Below are positions 35,474 through 37,631 of a stretch of DNA of 37,631 nt, one piece after another. Every line of letters begins with the position of its first letter. The first letter of the stretch is position 1. The stretch is from a virus (lineage: Duplodnaviria; Caudoviricetes), in IMG/VR virus record IMGVR_UViG_3300005611_000082, positions 1-37,631 of that record; one strand, given 5' to 3'. The notes under the pieces are model-generated. The model was not told the origin of the DNA, ran no database searches, and saw nothing but the letters and a program-made list of their open reading frames with translations. The position numbers and the translations under genes were made by a program.

Positions 35474-35520
35474 TAGGGGAGGAGGGAATCGAACCCCCGC
35501 AAGGACACCTGTCCTCCCCT
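35474..35520 (-). ncRNA. Miniature tRNA-like element (acceptor stem + T arm, no D or anticodon arm)
   Basis: AGGGGAG/CTCCCCT 7-bp stem + A; GGGGG-TTCGATT-CCCTC T arm; 15-nt connector with a GAC-AGGT-GTC mini-hairpin. Confidence 0.7.
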
Positions 35521-35526
35521 TTTTCC

Positions 35527-35542
35527 CAATATGTCAAAGAGC
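35527..35542 (-). promoter_or_regulatory. boxA-like antitermination element GCTCTTTGACATATTG
   Basis: One mismatch to the rrn boxA core GCTCTTTAACA; sits in an untranslated leader. Confidence 0.65.
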
Positions 35543-35667
35543 CTTACGTTCGTCTACTCGTATGTAGTGATTCGCTGTATGTAGCGTGGACGTGAAGTGA
35601 TGAACGATGTGTTGTAGACTGTTGAGCAATCCGCTTCGCTCCTTGTGGTATCAATCAAACAACAGGG

Positions 35668-35699
35668 CAAACATACGACATTCCTACGACATATGCAAA
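35668..35699 (-). promoter_or_regulatory. Bacteroidota sigma-A promoter driving the - arm
   Basis: TTTG-N20-TATGTTTG, full -33/-7 consensus. Confidence 0.8.
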
Positions 35700-36029
35700 T
35701 CCTGATGCAATTATTTTCAAATTAATTTCATTTTCCCAATGTTTACAAGGGATTCAGAGGTATGTGCAATATATGCACTTGTTCATTGTACCTGAACAGA
35801 CTATACCACTGAACAAGATATACCCCAACATCCAATATAAGGCTATTTTAAGCCCTTCTAAGCGACTTTCTACCATCATGTGGTATATCCGTATCACTGG
35901 ATGAGAGATAATGCCTTAGAGAGCCTCTAATTAACTCAAGTAACGAAATGGATTGCCTAACATTGCTGTTTTACTACATCTGTCCGAATCTTGTCCAGCC
36001 TGTCCAGTATATTCTGTCGGACGGACAAA

Positions 36030-36300
36030 CTTTTGCCCCCCCCCTGAATAGACTACTGATATATATCATATACCCCCCTATATATATATAGTATATATAA
36101 TATATAGATTATATAGTCTATATATTATATACCCCCCTAAAGGGGGTTATATATATATTATATAATTAGTATATATAGACAGTAGGGTGTTTATTGGTGT
36201 AGATAGATAGTAGATATATCATCTGTCTATCTTATACCTCCCCTAAAGGGAGGTTATATATAACTATATAATATATATAATTATATAGTTTGTATATATA
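36030..36300. other. TA-rich non-coding region with repeated hairpins: candidate replication origin or genome-end signal
   Basis: (TA)n tracts, two ACC(T)CCC-CTAAA-GGG(A)GGT hairpins, TGTCC repeats just upstream; lies between divergent arms. Confidence 0.55.
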
Positions 36301-36400
36301 GAGTCAGGATTTCCACCAGATTTCCGCTTAATAGCGCGTAATAGACACTTACCCACCTAGCCAGTAGCAAGATCTTGGGTAAGAATAGCTACTGTATACC

Positions 36401-36424
36401 TTATTTAGACTGGTTCTAAATTTC
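36401..36424. promoter_or_regulatory. Palindromic operator-like site ATTTAGA-N5-TCTAAAT, copy 1
   Basis: TTATTTAGACTGGTTCTAAATTTC; 22/24 identical to 37437-37460. Confidence 0.65.
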
Positions 36425-36435
36425 GGTGATCTAGG

Positions 36436-36486
36436 TAACTTTGTGGTTTACGTACTTGTTTATATCAAAAATATTTTGTAGGTTCG
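36436..36486 (+). promoter_or_regulatory. Host-type promoter elements for the Gp88-like gene
   Basis: TAACTTTG at 36436-36443, and TTG-N20-TAGGTTCG variant at 36456-36486. Confidence 0.5.
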
Positions 36487-36519
36487 CAGAACCGTTTTAT
36501 TAACTTAATTATTTGATCT

Positions 36520-37134
36520 ATGGAACTTTTAACTCAAAACAGTAAAATCAAGAAAACCAGTAAAGAATTCAATGTTAGACTGTTTAACTTTGGTATACCA
36601 GCTTATAAGACCGCTACAGGTAAATTAACATGCCCTATGGCGGACACTTGCGTAAAATTTTGTTACGCCCGCAAAGGTGCTTATAGCTGGTCTAATGTTA
36701 AGCCAGCTTTTGAGAAAAGATACGAGGCTACAAAATTAGATAGCTTTGTAGATACTATGGTTAAAACTATAGAGAAAAAGAAAGCTACCTATATTCGCGT
36801 TCATGATAGTGGCGACTACTACAGTCGCGCCTATATGTTAAAGTGGTTCGAAATAGCCGAAAAGTTACCTAACGTACGTTTTTATAGTTACACTAATATG
36901 GTGGAACTTGTAAAGGAATTTAAAAGCAAAGGGATGATCCCAGAAAATTACGACTTTATATTTTCAGATAGTGGTAAACAGCGCGATAAAATACAGCCTA
37001 CAGACCGCCACACAAAGATATTTAAGTCCGATAAAGATCTAGCTGCAGCGGGATATGTAGATTGCTCTAAATATGATCTACTTGCGACAAAGTGGTTTAA
37101 CGAAAATAACAAAATAGGTCTAATTTTCCACTAA
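36520..37134 (+). CDS. Gp88-like protein (Cys-triad, radical-SAM-like)
   Basis: N.K..K, IPA...TCP....C...CYA, R.HDSGD and Y.YT motifs of the phage L5 gp88 family. Confidence 0.8.
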   Translation: MELLTQNSKIKKTSKEFNVRLFNFGIPAYKTATGKLTCPMADTCVKFCYARKGAYSWSNVKPAFEKRYEATKLDSFVDTMVKTIEKKKATYIRVHDSGDYYSRAYMLKWFEIAEKLPNVRFYSYTNMVELVKEFKSKGMIPENYDFIFSDSGKQRDKIQPTDRHTKIFKSDKDLAAAGYVDCSKYDLLATKWFNENNKIGLIFH

Positions 37135-37138
37135 TTAT

Positions 37139-37333
37139 ATGAACCAGAACAAAGATAACAGCATAGAGCCTGTTTTTATCCGATCTAACGGACTTTATAT
37201 AACTGTATTGGGTGATATAGCATCGGTAACAGATAGTGCGCTTAAAACGGCTAAAAAACAGTTCATCAAGGTAGACGGTCAAGGTAGAAAATATCTAACT
37301 TTCCAGAAAAGAAAAATAATTTTGGATCTCTAA
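37139..37333 (+). CDS. Hypothetical protein
   Basis: 64-aa ORF 4 nt after the previous stop. Confidence 0.65.
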   Translation: MNQNKDNSIEPVFIRSNGLYITVLGDIASVTDSALKTAKKQFIKVDGQGRKYLTFQKRKIILDL

Positions 37334-37392
37334 ATATCGCCAGATTTCCACAGGTTTTCGCGTAATAGCGCGTAATAGTGCAAAGATAGCCA

Positions 37393-37438
37393 AAAAATAG
37401 GTAGGTAGGTTTGAAAAATAGCCTACTTGCCTATTTTT
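37393..37438 (+). terminator. Long RNA hairpin/terminator
   Basis: AAAAATAGGTAGGTAGGT...GCCTACTTGCCTATTTTT, 18 bp including G-U pairs that only form on the + strand RNA. Confidence 0.6.
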
Positions 37439-37460
37439 ATTTAGACCGTTTCTAAATTTC
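37437..37460. promoter_or_regulatory. Palindromic operator-like site, copy 2
   Basis: TTATTTAGACCGTTTCTAAATTTC. Confidence 0.65.
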
Positions 37461-37556
37461 TAAAATTTAACATAAAAAATTTTGTCACCTCAAAAATTTT
37501 GATATATCGGCGGATCAAAGATTTTCGGTCGTGGCGTTAAAATTTTTTCCCAAAGC

Positions 37557-37586
37557 TTGTTTTTCAAAAAATTATTTTTACATTTG
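37557..37586 (+). promoter_or_regulatory. Host-type promoter for the junction-spanning operon
   Basis: TTG-N19-TACATTTG. Confidence 0.7.
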
Positions 37587-37613
37587 TCAAAGTATTAACC
37601 TAATTATATCAAA

Positions 37614-37631
37614 ATGGAAAATGTAGAAATC
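37614..37631 (+). CDS. 5' part of a 35-aa single-TM protein that continues across the circular junction (MENVEI...)
   Basis: ATG at 37614 in an A-rich context, 27 nt after a TACATTTG promoter element; six codons to the window end, then in frame with 1..90. Confidence 0.75.

Noticed and set aside
35474-35520. Functional decoding tRNA or attP remnant
   Set aside because: No D or anticodon arm. Both acceptor strands are present, unlike a 3' att fragment, and no integrase is recognisable
35454-35537. N-terminal extension of the 118-aa ORF 35181..35537
   Set aside because: It overlaps the boxA and tRNA-like structure; the ATG at 35453 has the typical A/T-rich context and starts at the domain boundary
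1-37631. Alternative genetic code or stop-codon reassignment
   Set aside because: Standard code gives dense, full-length genes ending in TAA, TAG and TGA

Overview
This looks like a complete, circularly permuted ~37.6 kb siphovirus-type phage genome, probably of a Bacteroidota (Flavobacteriia-like) host. The host call rests on TTTG-N19/20-TAnnTTTG promoters and A-rich starts without Shine-Dalgarno sequences. A 35-aa ORF reads in frame across the window end/start junction. The + arm (1.2-24.1 kb) is a late region: terminase, tail, XkdF-like protease/scaffold, capsid, tail tube, portal, RcGTA-like head spike, a GIY-YIG-like homing endonuclease and lysis genes. The - arm (35.5-24.2 kb) is an early/middle region: WYL_2-like protein, split C5 methyltransferase, small-gene array, ERF/ExoVIII/SSB, a DnaA_C-MazG fusion, two sigma-like factors, SF4 helicase and RusA. 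A compositionally distinct ~2.4 kb island spans the junction and carries a Gp88-like gene and repeated operator modules. I recognised no integrase, repressor, primase or DNA polymerase. The most interesting signals are (1) an early leader with host promoter + boxA + a 47-nt miniature tRNA-like element directly ahead of a WYL_2/Sm-like gene; (2) a TCGTATAT-N7-A late promoter motif together with a T4 gp55-like sigma2-only protein; (3) a methyltransferase subunit nested in an alternative frame; (4) the GATC-rich junction island with duplicated palindromic operators; and (5) a gene-boundary repeat in the small-gene array. All family calls come from motif recognition by eye, not from database searches.
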